Shown: positions 9,522 through 20,623, numbered from the stretch's first letter. The stretch: 64,000 nt of DNA from Flavobacteriaceae bacterium (GCA_030835325.1 JAURPF010000160.1:45024-109023), one strand, 5' to 3'. The notes: generated by a model from the sequence alone, not told the origin. Made by a program: numbers and translations.

Positions 9522-11282
9522 ATGAAACGAAACATCCTTTTACTTACATTTTTTATTTCGGGACTCCTTTCGTCTCAGGTATCCTTTGATGCGAAAGTGA
9601 GTAAAAAGCAACTTGGGATTAACGAGCGTCTTCGAGTAGATTTTACAATGAACACGGACGGTGATAATTTTGAACCGCCAAGTTTTGAAAACTTTACTGT
9701 AGTTGGAGGGCCGAGTCAGTCCATCAATAATTCATGGATCAATGGAGTCCGTTCATTTTCAAAAAGCTATAGTTATTTTTTGGCTCCAAAAAAACGCGGT
9801 GAATTTACTATTGGGCAGGCAACCATTGAAATTGAAGGAAAAACCTACAAAACACTCCCGGTAAAAATAACTGTCACTGCTGCGATTGATAAACCTAAAG
9901 ACCCCAATGATCCTAATTATATTGCATCAGAAAAAATTCACTTGGTCGCTGAAATTTCAAATGGAAACCCGTATTTAAACGAAGCGATTACTGTGGTTTA
10001 CAAGCTCTATGTCGCTCAAAATACTGGGGTTCGAAACTGGCGAGAAATAGACAATCCAAGATACAATGACTTTTGGAGTCAAAACATTGATGTTAAAGGA
10101 ATCGACATTAAGCAAGGCACATATAATGGAGAAGATTACCGCTACGTTATCCTGAGAAAAACCGTTTTATATCCTCAAAAAACAGGAAAACTAAGCATTG
10201 AACCGCTATCTCTTGATATCACTGTTGAAGTTCCCTCAAATAAACGTGACGTTTTTGGTAGAAGTTTTATGAGTACCGTCAACAGAACCGTTGCTAGCAA
10301 AAATAAGGTCATTAATGTAAAACCCCTTCCTGAAAGTGGAAAACCTGAGAGTTTTTCTGGTGCAGTAGGATCTTTTGACTTTAAGGTGACCACCAACAAA
10401 CAATCTTTGAAAGCGACTGAGGCTCTTGAATTAAAAGTGAGCGTGTCAGGAAAGGGCAATTTAAAGCTCTTTAGACTTCCACAACCTACACTTCCCAGTG
10501 CGCTGGAAGTTTATGAGCCAGAGCACTCCGAAAAAGTAAATACAAGAACTTCGGGGATTCAAGGAACAATTAGCGACAGCTATACAGTCGTGCCAAATTT
10601 TCAAGGAAGTTATCCAATTCCAAAAGTATCCTTTTCTTATTTTGATTTAAAAACAAAGGAATATAAAACACTAACCTCAGAACGCCTTGTTATTGAAGTT
10701 GGTGAAGGGCCTCAAAGTGCAGGAAGCACAAACAGCACTCCTGGAGGCCTTACAGAAAATATCATCCCTACAAATTTAAATTCCTTTAGCTCCTTCAAAA
10801 CAAGCACTCGCTTACAACCAATTGTTTCAGAGCCCTTTTTTAATTCCAACTTGTTTTGGATCTTATTATTAGGTCCATTCCTATTTATTCCATTTATAAT
10901 TTTTGTGGTTAAACGCCGAACGACACGTGCTTTGGATGTGACTGGAAATAAAATACGAAACACAAGTCGATTGGCTCGTAAATATTTAAGTAACGCAAAA
11001 AAATCCCTCGGTCAAAAAGAACAGTTTTATAATGCACTTGAGCGCGCACTTCACAATTATTTAAAATCAAAATTACGCTTAGAGACCAGCGAGTTTAATA
11101 AAGAAAAGATAGAGGAGTTGCTGGGCAATAAAAACATAAACAGTGCAACCTTAGAAGGATTTATTTCTCTTCTAACTTCATGTGAACTTGCACGATACAC
11201 GCCGCTTTCAACAGTTGACATGCAAAATGATTACAAAAAGGCAGCAGGGGTTATTAATGATTTAGATAAACAATTAAATTAA
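9522..11282 (+). CDS. batD: BatD family protein
   Basis: Signal peptide, GPSQS...ING, LYPQKTG.L.I, GAVG.F motifs; operon position. Confidence 0.9.
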   Translation: MKRNILLLTFFISGLLSSQVSFDAKVSKKQLGINERLRVDFTMNTDGDNFEPPSFENFTVVGGPSQSINNSWINGVRSFSKSYSYFLAPKKRGEFTIGQATIEIEGKTYKTLPVKITVTAAIDKPKDPNDPNYIASEKIHLVAEISNGNPYLNEAITVVYKLYVAQNTGVRNWREIDNPRYNDFWSQNIDVKGIDIKQGTYNGEDYRYVILRKTVLYPQKTGKLSIEPLSLDITVEVPSNKRDVFGRSFMSTVNRTVASKNKVINVKPLPESGKPESFSGAVGSFDFKVTTNKQSLKATEALELKVSVSGKGNLKLFRLPQPTLPSALEVYEPEHSEKVNTRTSGIQGTISDSYTVVPNFQGSYPIPKVSFSYFDLKTKEYKTLTSERLVIEVGEGPQSAGSTNSTPGGLTENIIPTNLNSFSSFKTSTRLQPIVSEPFFNSNLFWILLLGPFLFIPFIIFVVKRRTTRALDVTGNKIRNTSRLARKYLSNAKKSLGQKEQFYNALERALHNYLKSKLRLETSEFNKEKIEELLGNKNINSATLEGFISLLTSCELARYTPLSTVDMQNDYKKAAGVINDLDKQLN

Positions 11283-11286
11283 ACAG

Positions 11287-12033
11287 ATGAAGAAGTTTCT
11301 TATTTTTTGGTTGCTGTGTTTGGTTGGTTTTTCTCAAAACACAGAGTCGTTTAAGCAAGCAAATGACCTTTATAATTCTGGATATTACAAAGAGGCTATA
11401 GGGCGGTATGACTCAATCTTAGCGTCCAATCTACATTCTGCAGAACTGTATTTTAATCTTGCCAATTGTTATTATAAATTAAATGAAATTGGACCGAGTA
11501 TCTTTTATTATGAAAAGGCACTTCAGTTATCTCCAAATGATTCTGATATTTTAAACAACTTAGGGTATGCACAAAAAATGACAATTGATGCCATACAAGA
11601 GGTTCCCGAAAGTGGCGTTTCAAAATTGCTAAACAAAACTCTCAATCGCTTAAGTGTGGATGGTTGGGCAACTCGGTGTGTTGGCTTGTCTTTCCTTTTT
11701 GTTATTTTATTTTTAGGGTATTACCTGTCCTCCTCAGAAACCAAAAAACGCCTGTTTTTTATTTCAAGCTGTGGTGTTTTAATCGTTCTATTTATATCTT
11801 TAGGGTTGTTATTCAAAAAAGACAGTCTTGATAATAATACACATCCGGCAATTGTTTTTGTTAAAGAAGCAGAAGTCAAATCGGAACCAAACCTAAGGTC
11901 TGAGACCTCGTTTACACTACACGAAGGCACCAAGGTTTTGGTGATTGAAGATTATAACGACGACTGGCTAAAAATAAAGTTGCTAAATGGCGAAACTGGA
12001 TGGATAACGCGATCTGAATTAAAAGCACTTTAA
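11287..12033 (+). CDS. batE: BatE (TPR plus SH3b domains)
   Basis: TPR motif (YFNLANCYYK), two TM segments, C-terminal SH3b (LHEGTKV...GW). Confidence 0.88.
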   Translation: MKKFLIFWLLCLVGFSQNTESFKQANDLYNSGYYKEAIGRYDSILASNLHSAELYFNLANCYYKLNEIGPSIFYYEKALQLSPNDSDILNNLGYAQKMTIDAIQEVPESGVSKLLNKTLNRLSVDGWATRCVGLSFLFVILFLGYYLSSSETKKRLFFISSCGVLIVLFISLGLLFKKDSLDNNTHPAIVFVKEAEVKSEPNLRSETSFTLHEGTKVLVIEDYNDDWLKIKLLNGETGWITRSELKAL

Positions 12034-12092
12034 TTTATTTAAAAATTAATGTCATTTTTTATTCTATCTTTACAATAATCAATAAAAACACA

Positions 12093-12398
12093 GTGGTCGT
12101 CATAAAACATATCGCTCCTTTGTTCTCTCTTTTTTTTCTACTTAACATAGTGGGGCCTACACTTTTGCTTTTACGTTCAAACAGCGAATTAGCAACGGTT
12201 ATTGTTCCATTAGAACAAGAGCCCGAAACAAAAGACATCGAAGATGTTAAAGAGTTTACAGAACTTGTTTTTAACACAACGCATCCCCTGAATGCGAACC
12301 CACTCCCAAGTGATCAATACGTGTCATTTCTGTTTTATAGCAAGACACCCCTTAAAATTTATTTAGAAACCATTTCACCCCCTCCGGATTATATTTAA
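12093..12398 (+). CDS. Small protein with a hydrophobic N-terminus and C-terminal SPPP; candidate leader peptide
   Basis: 101-aa ORF filling the gap before SulP, ending IYLETISPPPDYI; the GTG start is uncertain. Confidence 0.6.
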   Translation: MVVIKHIAPLFSLFFLLNIVGPTLLLLRSNSELATVIVPLEQEPETKDIEDVKEFTELVFNTTHPLNANPLPSDQYVSFLFYSKTPLKIYLETISPPPDYI

Positions 12399-12461
12399 AT
12401 TCCATTCCGAGTTTACAAACAAAGAGCTTCTCTTCGTAATTTATAATCTAATATCAACACA

Positions 12462-14303
12462 ATGAAACAATTTTTTTCAAACATAAAAGGCGATGCCTTT
12501 GGTGGAATCACCGCTGGGGTCGTCGCATTACCCCTAGCTTTGGCTTTTGGGGTCTCCTCTGGGCTAGGACCTAGCGCTGGTCTATACGGCGCTATTTTTA
12601 TCAGTTTTTTTGCCGCTCTTTTTGGAGGAACCAATACTCAAATATCAGGTCCCACAGCTCCAATGACCGCCGTAAGTATGGTGGTGATATCTGGAATAAT
12701 AGCAGCTAATGATGGCGACTTATCAATTGCACTACCTGCCATATTAACCGTATTTTTAATTGCGGGGCTTTCTCAGATTGGGCTCGGAATTTTGGGCCTA
12801 GGAAAGTATATTAAATACATTCCTTACCCTGTAGTGTCAGGGTTTATGACTGCAATTGGTGTTATTATTTTACTAACACAAATCTTGCCTTCACTTGGGT
12901 ATAGCCCAAAAGAAGACGAACAATTTGTGAATCAATTCAGAGCACAAGCCGAAGAGGTAATTCTTGAAAATATTTTAAAAGATGAGGCTGGCGAGGGAAT
13001 ATTGGTCTTGGAAAACTTTCAAGAAACCATTAATCGCGCTTCTTTAATCAAGGAAGATGATATCCAAAAAGAATCTGAAATCTTAGCTTCTAAGGAAGCC
13101 TCAGGGACAATTGGGGCTCTAAAACTAATGCCAAGAGCACTTCAAAACATCAACTGGCTAGAACTGCTGCTAGCTTTAGGAACTATTCTTATAATTTATG
13201 GATTTAAACGCATTACCAATGTCGTACCCAGCACGCTTGTCGCTTTAATCGTCATGTCTGGAATCGCTGTTGGGCTTGGATTACACTATAAGCCTATCGA
13301 AGAAATTCCTAGCGGGTTGCCCGTTCTTCAATATGAAATTTTTACGACGTTTAAATTAACAACCATTACGCCCTATATTTTCACAGGGTTTACACTCGCG
13401 GTATTAGGGGCAATCGATTCATTGCTAACAAGTATTGTGGCGGACAATATGACCAAAACAAAACACAATCCAAACAAAGAGCTTATTGGTCAGGGAATTG
13501 GAAATAGTATTGCGTCTATTTTTGGTGGAATTCCGGGTGCTGGAGCCACCATCAGAACGGTTGTAAATATAAACTCTGGAGGGAAAACAAAACTTTCTGG
13601 AATGATTGCCGGCATAATGCTGTTGTTTATTTTATTGGCATTAGGCCCTATCGCTTCAAAGATTCCTGCCGCCGTACTTTCTGGAATTTTGATAACCGTT
13701 GGAATTGGTGTGATGGACTACAAAGGTCTAAAAGCAATTCCGTCATTACCAAAAGATGTATCGTTTGGTCCATTTAAATTAAGTTCTGAGGTCATCATCA
13801 TGCTTGTTGTGTTGTTACTCTCTACTTTTTGGGATTTAATTTTTGCTGTAGGAATTGGCTTGATTATATCCTGTTTAATGTTTATGAAAAAAATTGGAGA
13901 TTTAACTTCTGAATATTCCAATGTAAAAGTGTTAAAAGAAAAGAGTTGGCCGGACGAAAAAAACGTTCCAGAACACTTAAAAGAATCTGTGTTTATCAAG
14001 CACATCAAAGGACCTTTGTTTTTTGGATCAACTTCCGACTTTCAGCAATTGTATAAACAAATTCCAGAAACTGCTACAACCGTAATTTTGCGTTTAGAAC
14101 GTATGCAATATATGGACCAATCTGGGCTTTATGCCATGGAGGATATGATTCAGGAGTTGAAAACAAAGAATATTGAGGTGCGGTTTGTAAACCTGTTAAA
14201 ACAACCCCGATATATGATGGAACGGATTGATATAATCCCAGATTTTATTCCGGAAACACATATTTATGACAGTTTTAAGGTTTGTATCCAAGAACTGTCT
14301 TAA
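12462..14303 (+). CDS. SulP/SLC26 anion (possibly bicarbonate) transporter with STAS domain
   Basis: GITAGVVALPLALAFG, SGPT, ELIGQGIGN and the STAS motif GPLFFG...MDQSG. Confidence 0.92.
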   Translation: MKQFFSNIKGDAFGGITAGVVALPLALAFGVSSGLGPSAGLYGAIFISFFAALFGGTNTQISGPTAPMTAVSMVVISGIIAANDGDLSIALPAILTVFLIAGLSQIGLGILGLGKYIKYIPYPVVSGFMTAIGVIILLTQILPSLGYSPKEDEQFVNQFRAQAEEVILENILKDEAGEGILVLENFQETINRASLIKEDDIQKESEILASKEASGTIGALKLMPRALQNINWLELLLALGTILIIYGFKRITNVVPSTLVALIVMSGIAVGLGLHYKPIEEIPSGLPVLQYEIFTTFKLTTITPYIFTGFTLAVLGAIDSLLTSIVADNMTKTKHNPNKELIGQGIGNSIASIFGGIPGAGATIRTVVNINSGGKTKLSGMIAGIMLLFILLALGPIASKIPAAVLSGILITVGIGVMDYKGLKAIPSLPKDVSFGPFKLSSEVIIMLVVLLLSTFWDLIFAVGIGLIISCLMFMKKIGDLTSEYSNVKVLKEKSWPDEKNVPEHLKESVFIKHIKGPLFFGSTSDFQQLYKQIPETATTVILRLERMQYMDQSGLYAMEDMIQELKTKNIEVRFVNLLKQPRYMMERIDIIPDFIPETHIYDSFKVCIQELS

Positions 14304-14320
14304 TGTATTTTAGTATAGGA

Positions 14321-14848
14321 TTATTCGTTTAACGGAACTGGAATAGTTGGGAGCTCTAGTGGTATTTCTTCATTTATAAAATTTGGAAATATCATTGGAG
14401 CTAACGACTTTACTGGGTTATAAAGGATGGATGTCTCGATCTCTTCGTCAGAGACAAAAGGAATGGTTTTGTTTAAAGCATTAAAAATCACTAATAGAAT
14501 ACTAAGAATTAAAGCGATTTTAAGCCCTCCAAAAAGGCCGCCTAGTAATTTATTTAGAATTCCTAGGGCTGCAAAATCGGCAAGCTTAGTCAATGCTTTT
14601 CCCGCAAGAGAAACCACTAAAACTATGACGACAAATGTAATGGCAAAAGCGGTAATGTTTATTGTTTTTTCACCCCATTCAAAACGGTTTGACAAGAATT
14701 CTGAAGCATAATTGCTAAAGTGTATCGCTCCATAAACGCCTACTAAAAGAGCAAGCAAGGAGGCCACCTCAACAAAAAAACCTTTAGACAACCCTTTAAT
14801 AAGTCCATAAAGAATAAGTGCGCTTAAAATAATATCAATGATGGCCAT
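14321..14848 (-). CDS. cvpA: CvpA family membrane protein
   Basis: IDII...G..KGF..E and LNKLLGGLFG motifs; about four TM segments. Confidence 0.85.
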   Translation of the reverse strand: MAIIDIILSALILYGLIKGLSKGFFVEVASLLALLVGVYGAIHFSNYASEFLSNRFEWGEKTINITAFAITFVVIVLVVSLAGKALTKLADFAALGILNKLLGGLFGGLKIALILSILLVIFNALNKTIPFVSDEEIETSILYNPVKSLAPMIFPNFINEEIPLELPTIPVPLNE

Positions 14849-14951
14849 GCTGATTTTTTTAAAAGATTTATAAAAAATAACAATGATTGCTAACTTAACA
14901 ACTCAAATGTTTCGTTTCTATTTTAATACACCCTAAATTTACGAAATAATT

Positions 14952-15308
14952 ATGGCACGAGACGAAGAGCTTAAAAAACGATGGGAAGAGGTGGTTAAAA
15001 AACTATCCGCTCAATTTACAGATGGCGACCCTTTAGACTTAGACGGCATCATCTACCTTATTGGTGTCCAAGAACTTGGACAGCTACATAGGACTTTCAA
15101 AAAGGACGAAAAACTAAACCTAATACACATTGCAATCTGCCGACTTTTAGAGCCCTATGGCTATTATGTGTTTGACTATTTCGATGAACAGGGTTGGCCA
15201 CATTATACGATAAAAGAAGCCTTGCCTAATTTAAAGGCTGGCGAACAAAGCATTCTAATGAAAGAGGCGATTGTAAACTATTTTATTGAGGCGAAGTTTA
15301 TTAGTTAA
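14952..15308 (+). CDS. Conserved hypothetical protein
   Basis: Clean 118-aa ORF (YLIGVQELG, HIAICRLL, GWPH) immediately upstream of pheS. Confidence 0.8.
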   Translation: MARDEELKKRWEEVVKKLSAQFTDGDPLDLDGIIYLIGVQELGQLHRTFKKDEKLNLIHIAICRLLEPYGYYVFDYFDEQGWPHYTIKEALPNLKAGEQSILMKEAIVNYFIEAKFIS

Positions 15309-15342
15309 GTTTTCTTAAATTTGGCCATTATTTAAATTTATC

Positions 15343-16362
15343 ATGATAGAGAAAATCCATAAACTTATAGAGGAGGCTGAGGCTTTTTCGACACAGTCTT
15401 CAAAAGAACTAGAAGAATATCGCATTAAGTTTCTTGGAAAAAAAGGACTTTTAAATGATTTGTTTGCAAGCTTTAAGGAAGTTCCAAACGAACAAAAAAA
15501 AGACTTTGGACAAGCCATTAATAAATTAAAAAGTGTTGCTCAAGAAAAAGTAAATTCCATAAAAGCGACCTTAGAAAACACTTCGAGTGAGGCGTCTCTT
15601 TTTGGCGATTTATCACGTCCTGGCGAACCTTTTAATATTGGGGCTAGACACCCAATTTCGTTAGTGAAAAATCAAATTATTGATATCTTTTCACGAATTG
15701 GATTTAATGTAAGTGAGGGTCCAGAAATTGAAGATGATTGGCATAATTTCACGGCCTTAAACTTGCCAGAACACCACCCTGCAAGAGATATGCAGGATAC
15801 ATTTTTTATTCAGACAGATCCAGATATATTATTACGTACGCATACAAGTTCGGTGCAGGTGCGTTATATGGAAAATAATCAGCCGCCTATCCGTACTGTT
15901 TCTCCAGGAAGGGTTTACAGAAACGAAGCAATCTCGGCACGCTCCCATTGTTTTTTTCACCAGGTAGAAGGGTTGTATATTGACAAAAATGTGAGTTTTG
16001 CTGACCTAAAACAAACGCTACAGTATTTTACAACAGAACTTTTTGGAAAATCAAAAATAAGACTACGCCCTTCTTATTTTCCATTTACTGAGCCGAGTGC
16101 TGAGGTCGATGTATATTGGGGGCTAGAAACTGAAACAGACTATAAAATGACCAAAGGCACGGGTTGGCTAGAAATTATGGGCTGTGGAATGGTTGACCCA
16201 AATGTCCTTGAAAACTGTGGTATTGATTCTAAAGAATATTCAGGCTTTGCCTTTGGTATGGGCATTGACAGAATTGCATTGCTATTACACCAAATTAGTG
16301 ACATCCGATTGCTAAGTGAAAATAATGTCCGTTTTTTAGAGCAATTTAAAAGCGCACTTTAA
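15343..16362 (+). CDS. pheS: Phenylalanine--tRNA ligase alpha subunit
   Basis: HPARDMQDTF, LRTHTSSVQ, RPSYFPFTEPS, GFAFGMG. Confidence 0.98.
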   Translation: MIEKIHKLIEEAEAFSTQSSKELEEYRIKFLGKKGLLNDLFASFKEVPNEQKKDFGQAINKLKSVAQEKVNSIKATLENTSSEASLFGDLSRPGEPFNIGARHPISLVKNQIIDIFSRIGFNVSEGPEIEDDWHNFTALNLPEHHPARDMQDTFFIQTDPDILLRTHTSSVQVRYMENNQPPIRTVSPGRVYRNEAISARSHCFFHQVEGLYIDKNVSFADLKQTLQYFTTELFGKSKIRLRPSYFPFTEPSAEVDVYWGLETETDYKMTKGTGWLEIMGCGMVDPNVLENCGIDSKEYSGFAFGMGIDRIALLLHQISDIRLLSENNVRFLEQFKSAL

Positions 16363-16371
16363 ATCTCTTTT

Positions 16372-16767
16372 TTGAAAAAAGATGTTCTCATTCCAGAAGT
16401 AAAAGGCGTTTCTATAGCGGTCGTTCATGAATACAACAACACCTATAATTCCTATGATTGGAATGCATATATCCTCAACGAAAAGTCTGTTGATTTAGAA
16501 ATGGTGATTATTGTAACCAAGGGCTACTCTGAAGCTAAAAAAACAGCGACTTTTAGAAAAAAAATTGACATTCTTCCTGCTAAAAGTTTTGCAAAAATTG
16601 AAATGCTTATAGAAGATCTTTTCTCTATAAACAACTTGTTTAACGTTTCTTTTTTTGAAGGTAATACCCTCTATGAAAAGTCATTTGAATTTAAAAAAAA
16701 CACGATCCACGAAAAGGTGCTTCAGCAAATTCCCCTTATAAACCTGAAGGGCGTTTTAAAGGCTTAG
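16372..16767 (+). CDS. Conserved hypothetical protein
   Basis: 131-aa ORF with a TTG start directly after pheS. Confidence 0.7.
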   Translation: MKKDVLIPEVKGVSIAVVHEYNNTYNSYDWNAYILNEKSVDLEMVIIVTKGYSEAKKTATFRKKIDILPAKSFAKIEMLIEDLFSINNLFNVSFFEGNTLYEKSFEFKKNTIHEKVLQQIPLINLKGVLKA

Positions 16768-17765
16768 TTAAGTTTTTCTATAAGTTTCTTGAATGCCTTT
16801 TTAGCGTCTTTGTTCATGTATAAAACATCATAAACAGTATCAATAATCGGTATTTGGGCTGGTTTTTCTTTCTCTTGATTAATATGGTAAGCACTTTTTG
16901 AGGCATAGAACCCTTCGGCAACCATACTCATTTCCATTTGTGCAGATTTCACAGTATAGCCTTTGCCAATCATGTTTCCAAACATTCTATTCCTAGAAAA
17001 TAATGAGTAGCATGTCACCAACAAATCTCCTAAATAAACCGTTTCGTTGATGTTTCGTTTCATTTTATGTACTTTTTTAATGAACCGTTTCATTTCGCGT
17101 GTGGCATTACTCATCAGCACACTTTGAAAATTATCACCGTACCCTAAGCCATGCGCAATTCCGGCAGCAATCGCATATATGTTTTTTAGCATGGCTGCAT
17201 ATTCCGCACCCACAACGTCATCATTGGCACTGGTTTTTATGTAGTTGCTAGAAAATTGATCCGCTATGGTGCTTGCAACATCAAGATCTACGCAAGCAAT
17301 CGTCAAATACGAAAGGCGCTCTAGAGCAACTTCCTCCGCATGACATGGCCCTGACAAGACAACAATGTTTTTTAAATCAACTCCGTAATTTTGATGAAAA
17401 TGTTCGCCTACTAAAAATCCTGACTCTGGAATAATCCCTTTTACTGCGGACATAATTATTTTAGAAGAAATGTCGGTCGTTAATTTTTTAAGTTCACTCT
17501 CAATAAACGCAGATGGAATCGCAAATATTAATACATCTGCAGCTTCTGCCACTTTGTTAATGTCTGTATTTAAACGCAGCTGGTCAAGGTTTAATTCTAC
17601 AGAACTCAAATAAGAGGGGTTGTGTTCTTCAGAAAGAATATAATCAATTGTTTGCTGTTTTCGAACATACCAATCTACTTGGCCACTGTTTTCACAAAGC
17701 ATCTTAACGATTGCTGTAGCCCAACTTCCACTTCCAAAAACTGCGTATTTTAAACCTGAAGACAT
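16764..17765 (-). CDS. gpsA: NAD(P)H-dependent glycerol-3-phosphate dehydrogenase
   Basis: GSGSWATA, SGPCHAEEV, LKNIYAI, GDLLVT..S..SRN. Confidence 0.95.
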   Translation of the reverse strand: MSSGLKYAVFGSGSWATAIVKMLCENSGQVDWYVRKQQTIDYILSEEHNPSYLSSVELNLDQLRLNTDINKVAEAADVLIFAIPSAFIESELKKLTTDISSKIIMSAVKGIIPESGFLVGEHFHQNYGVDLKNIVVLSGPCHAEEVALERLSYLTIACVDLDVASTIADQFSSNYIKTSANDDVVGAEYAAMLKNIYAIAAGIAHGLGYGDNFQSVLMSNATREMKRFIKKVHKMKRNINETVYLGDLLVTCYSLFSRNRMFGNMIGKGYTVKSAQMEMSMVAEGFYASKSAYHINQEKEKPAQIPIIDTVYDVLYMNKDAKKAFKKLIEKLN

Positions 17766-17831
17766 TTAGATGGTTGTTTTAGCGTTCAAAAGTACTAAAA
17801 ATATACGTTCTGAGCTTTGGTGTCCTAAGGT

Positions 17832-18563
17832 TTACTTAAATTTGTTTTCTATGATTTCCAAAAATCGAGCCTCTATCTCTTCTTGACCTTCCCAGTTATT
17901 GTAATCTGGCTTGATAATTGTCTCTAACAAATTTGTCGCTACTTCATACGAATCTAAGGTGCTTAATTGAGACAACACCCGCTCATAATCTTCATTACTA
18001 TTTTCAAATAAGTTTTTGACAAACGCAAGTCGGTCGTTTAGTCCTATTTGAAACCCCTGTGTTTTTAGCTGATCATTTAAAGAGATTTGTGGTGAATCCG
18101 TCTCGACAGCATCAAAAATAGGGAGCTGCGCATAGCTTGGCGACAACTCGTTGAGGTCATGCTCTACGACATCTGTAGGTTTATTTATAGCCTCTATGAT
18201 TGTGTCAACTTCTAATGTTTCTTCAGGCATTTGAGCAACCATATCCTTAATTTTTTCGATGGCTGGTTCCATGATTGCCTCTTCTTCCTCGGTATCTATG
18301 TTTTCAAGCGTTTTGTCAGTATCTTCAACGGAATCTGTAATTTTGTTATTAAAAGCCCCTTCTAGTGAGTTGAAAAACGAAGTCTCCATTCCTGCAAAAT
18401 CAGATGATTCTCCGTCCTGATTGTTTTCAATAAATTTTAAAACTGTAATTTTTTGATAAAGCAACGCTATTTCAGAGTGCATTTTTTCAAGATCTTCTTT
18501 CCCTGTAAGTTTCAGAACTCTATGAGCAATACTTATTAGTTCGGACTCTAATTTTTTTTTCAT
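17832..18563 (-). CDS. Conserved hypothetical protein
   Basis: Likely start MKKKLESEL at 18563; C-terminal IGLNDRLAF..LF domain. Confidence 0.75.
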   Translation of the reverse strand: MKKKLESELISIAHRVLKLTGKEDLEKMHSEIALLYQKITVLKFIENNQDGESSDFAGMETSFFNSLEGAFNNKITDSVEDTDKTLENIDTEEEEAIMEPAIEKIKDMVAQMPEETLEVDTIIEAINKPTDVVEHDLNELSPSYAQLPIFDAVETDSPQISLNDQLKTQGFQIGLNDRLAFVKNLFENSNEDYERVLSQLSTLDSYEVATNLLETIIKPDYNNWEGQEEIEARFLEIIENKFK

Positions 18564-18811
18564 GTGTATGTCTTTAATTGTATATTTCGTATTCACTTGG
18601 GTTTGCTGTTAGTCATTCTCTTGATTGGAAAAGCGTTTGACTTGTGCGCTTTATGGAATTAAACGAATGTATTTTTCCTCGTTTTTCTTTGCCTGTAAAC
18701 TATTTATTAATGCCCTTTTAAAACTTTTAAATTTTTACTTTTGATTTTTAATAAATTTGTGCCACCTTTATAAAAACGAAAGTAATTTCGTGTTGGTGTT
18801 AAAATTACAAA

Positions 18812-19459
18812 ATGTTTCTCGAAAATACAGTAAACCCTAAAGAACAATTTGGTTGGATCGAAGTCATCTGCGGATCGATGTTTTCCGGAAAGACCGAAGA
18901 ATTAATTCGTCGCTTACGACGGGCTCAGTTTGCAAAGCAAAAAGTTGAGATTTTTAAACCTGCAATAGATGTTCGTTACGATGATGAAATGGTTGTTTCT
19001 CATGACGCCAATGAAATTCGTTCGACTCCCGTACCTTCTGCTTCAAACATCCCGCTTTTAGCAGATGGATGTGATGTTGTGGGTATTGACGAAGCGCAAT
19101 TTTTTGATGATGAAATTGTAAATGTCTGTAATCAACTTGCTAATAAAGGTATTCGAGTGATTGTTGCGGGACTTGATATGGATTTTAAAGGAAATCCTTT
19201 TGGTCCAATGCCTAATTTGATGGCGACCGCAGAATATGTTACCAAAGTGCATGCTGTTTGCACGCATACAGGAAACTTAGCCCAGTACAGTCATCGTAAG
19301 TCTAAAAACGACAACTTAGTTCTTTTAGGGGAGGTTGATGAATATGAACCCCTGAGCAGAGCCGCTTATTATAAGGCACTCAGAAAAGAAAAATTGCAAG
19401 ATATGGATGTGGTAAGTCCTATAGAGGTCAGTGCAGATAAAAAGAACACGAATGCCTAA
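18812..19459 (+). CDS. tdk: Thymidine kinase
   Basis: [28 protein letters not shown]. Confidence 0.97.
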   Translation: MFLENTVNPKEQFGWIEVICGSMFSGKTEELIRRLRRAQFAKQKVEIFKPAIDVRYDDEMVVSHDANEIRSTPVPSASNIPLLADGCDVVGIDEAQFFDDEIVNVCNQLANKGIRVIVAGLDMDFKGNPFGPMPNLMATAEYVTKVHAVCTHTGNLAQYSHRKSKNDNLVLLGEVDEYEPLSRAAYYKALRKEKLQDMDVVSPIEVSADKKNTNA

Positions 19460-20561
19460 AGTCACAGAAACTGCTTTAGAAATTAATCTGGCTTCTTTAA
19501 AGCATAATTTTAAATTCCTAAAATCAAAACTTAAGGACAAGACACTTTTTTTAGCGGTCGTAAAAGCGTTTGCTTACGGAAGTGATGCTGTTGTGGTTGC
19601 AAAATGTCTTCAAGAATTGGGGGTAGATTATTTTGCAGTGGCCTATGTTAGTGAAGGGGTTGCCCTGAGAAAAGCCGGAGTTAAAACCCCTATTTTAGTA
19701 CTTCATCCTCAGGAAAAGAACTTAAAACATGCAATAGAACATTGTTTGGAACCGAGCCTATATACCTTAAAAATATTGCAAGCTTTTGAGCGCATAGCAC
19801 AACAACACAATCAAAAAAACTATCCTGTTCATATTAAATTTAATACCGGTTTAAATCGTCTTGGGTTTGAACCAAATGATCTGGAAGTGGTGGTAAAAGA
19901 ACTTTCCAAAACTTGTGCCCTAAAAGTAAAATCTGTGTTTTCTCATCTAGCAGCGAGTGAAGATTTAGAAGAAAAACCATTCACTTTAGAACAAATCAAC
20001 CTTTATAAATCACTTTCCTCATCATTTATTGATGCGTTAGGATACCCTGTTATCAAACATTTGTGTAACACTTCGGGGGTGCTTAATTACCCAGAAGCAC
20101 ATTTTGATATGGTGCGCTGTGGAATTGGACTCTACGGATATGGCAACTCTGATAAAGAGTCTAAAAACTTTCAACCCATAGCAACCTTAAAGTCTGTGAT
20201 TTCACAAATTCACCTAGTTAAAAAAGGTGAAAGTGTGGGTTACAATCGAGCATTTATAAGCTCTGAAGACTCAAAAATTGCAACAATTCCTATTGGTCAC
20301 GCCGATGGAATTGGAAGACATTTTGGTTACGGTGTAGGGGCTGTGTCGATTGGGCTTGAAAAAGCACCTATCGTTGGAAACGTATGTATGGATATGATTA
20401 TGGTAAATGTAACAAGTATTGAATGTGAAGAAGGCGATGAGGTTATATTCTTTGGTCCAGAATATTCCGCAGAAACAAGCGCTGCCGCAGTAAGCACCAT
20501 TTCATATGAACTCATAACGGGTATTTCACAGCGCGTGAAGCGTCAAATAGTATACAAATAA
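19452..20561 (+). CDS. alr: Alanine racemase
   Basis: AVVKAFAYG (PLP lysine), [21 protein letters not shown] at 19452 overlaps the end of tdk. Confidence 0.95.
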   Translation: MPKVTETALEINLASLKHNFKFLKSKLKDKTLFLAVVKAFAYGSDAVVVAKCLQELGVDYFAVAYVSEGVALRKAGVKTPILVLHPQEKNLKHAIEHCLEPSLYTLKILQAFERIAQQHNQKNYPVHIKFNTGLNRLGFEPNDLEVVVKELSKTCALKVKSVFSHLAASEDLEEKPFTLEQINLYKSLSSSFIDALGYPVIKHLCNTSGVLNYPEAHFDMVRCGIGLYGYGNSDKESKNFQPIATLKSVISQIHLVKKGESVGYNRAFISSEDSKIATIPIGHADGIGRHFGYGVGAVSIGLEKAPIVGNVCMDMIMVNVTSIECEEGDEVIFFGPEYSAETSAAAVSTISYELITGISQRVKRQIVYK

Positions 20562-20623
20562 TTGCTGTTAAGAAATATTTTTCATTAATTTGGTTCTCTA
20601 ATATTAACTCAAATCTACTAATT

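Noticed and set aside
9064-9535. Several overlapping alternative-frame ORFs and GATGGT/GACAAG-type repeats inside batC
   Set aside because: They are shadows of the low-complexity D/K-rich BatC linker, not separate genes or a repeat array.
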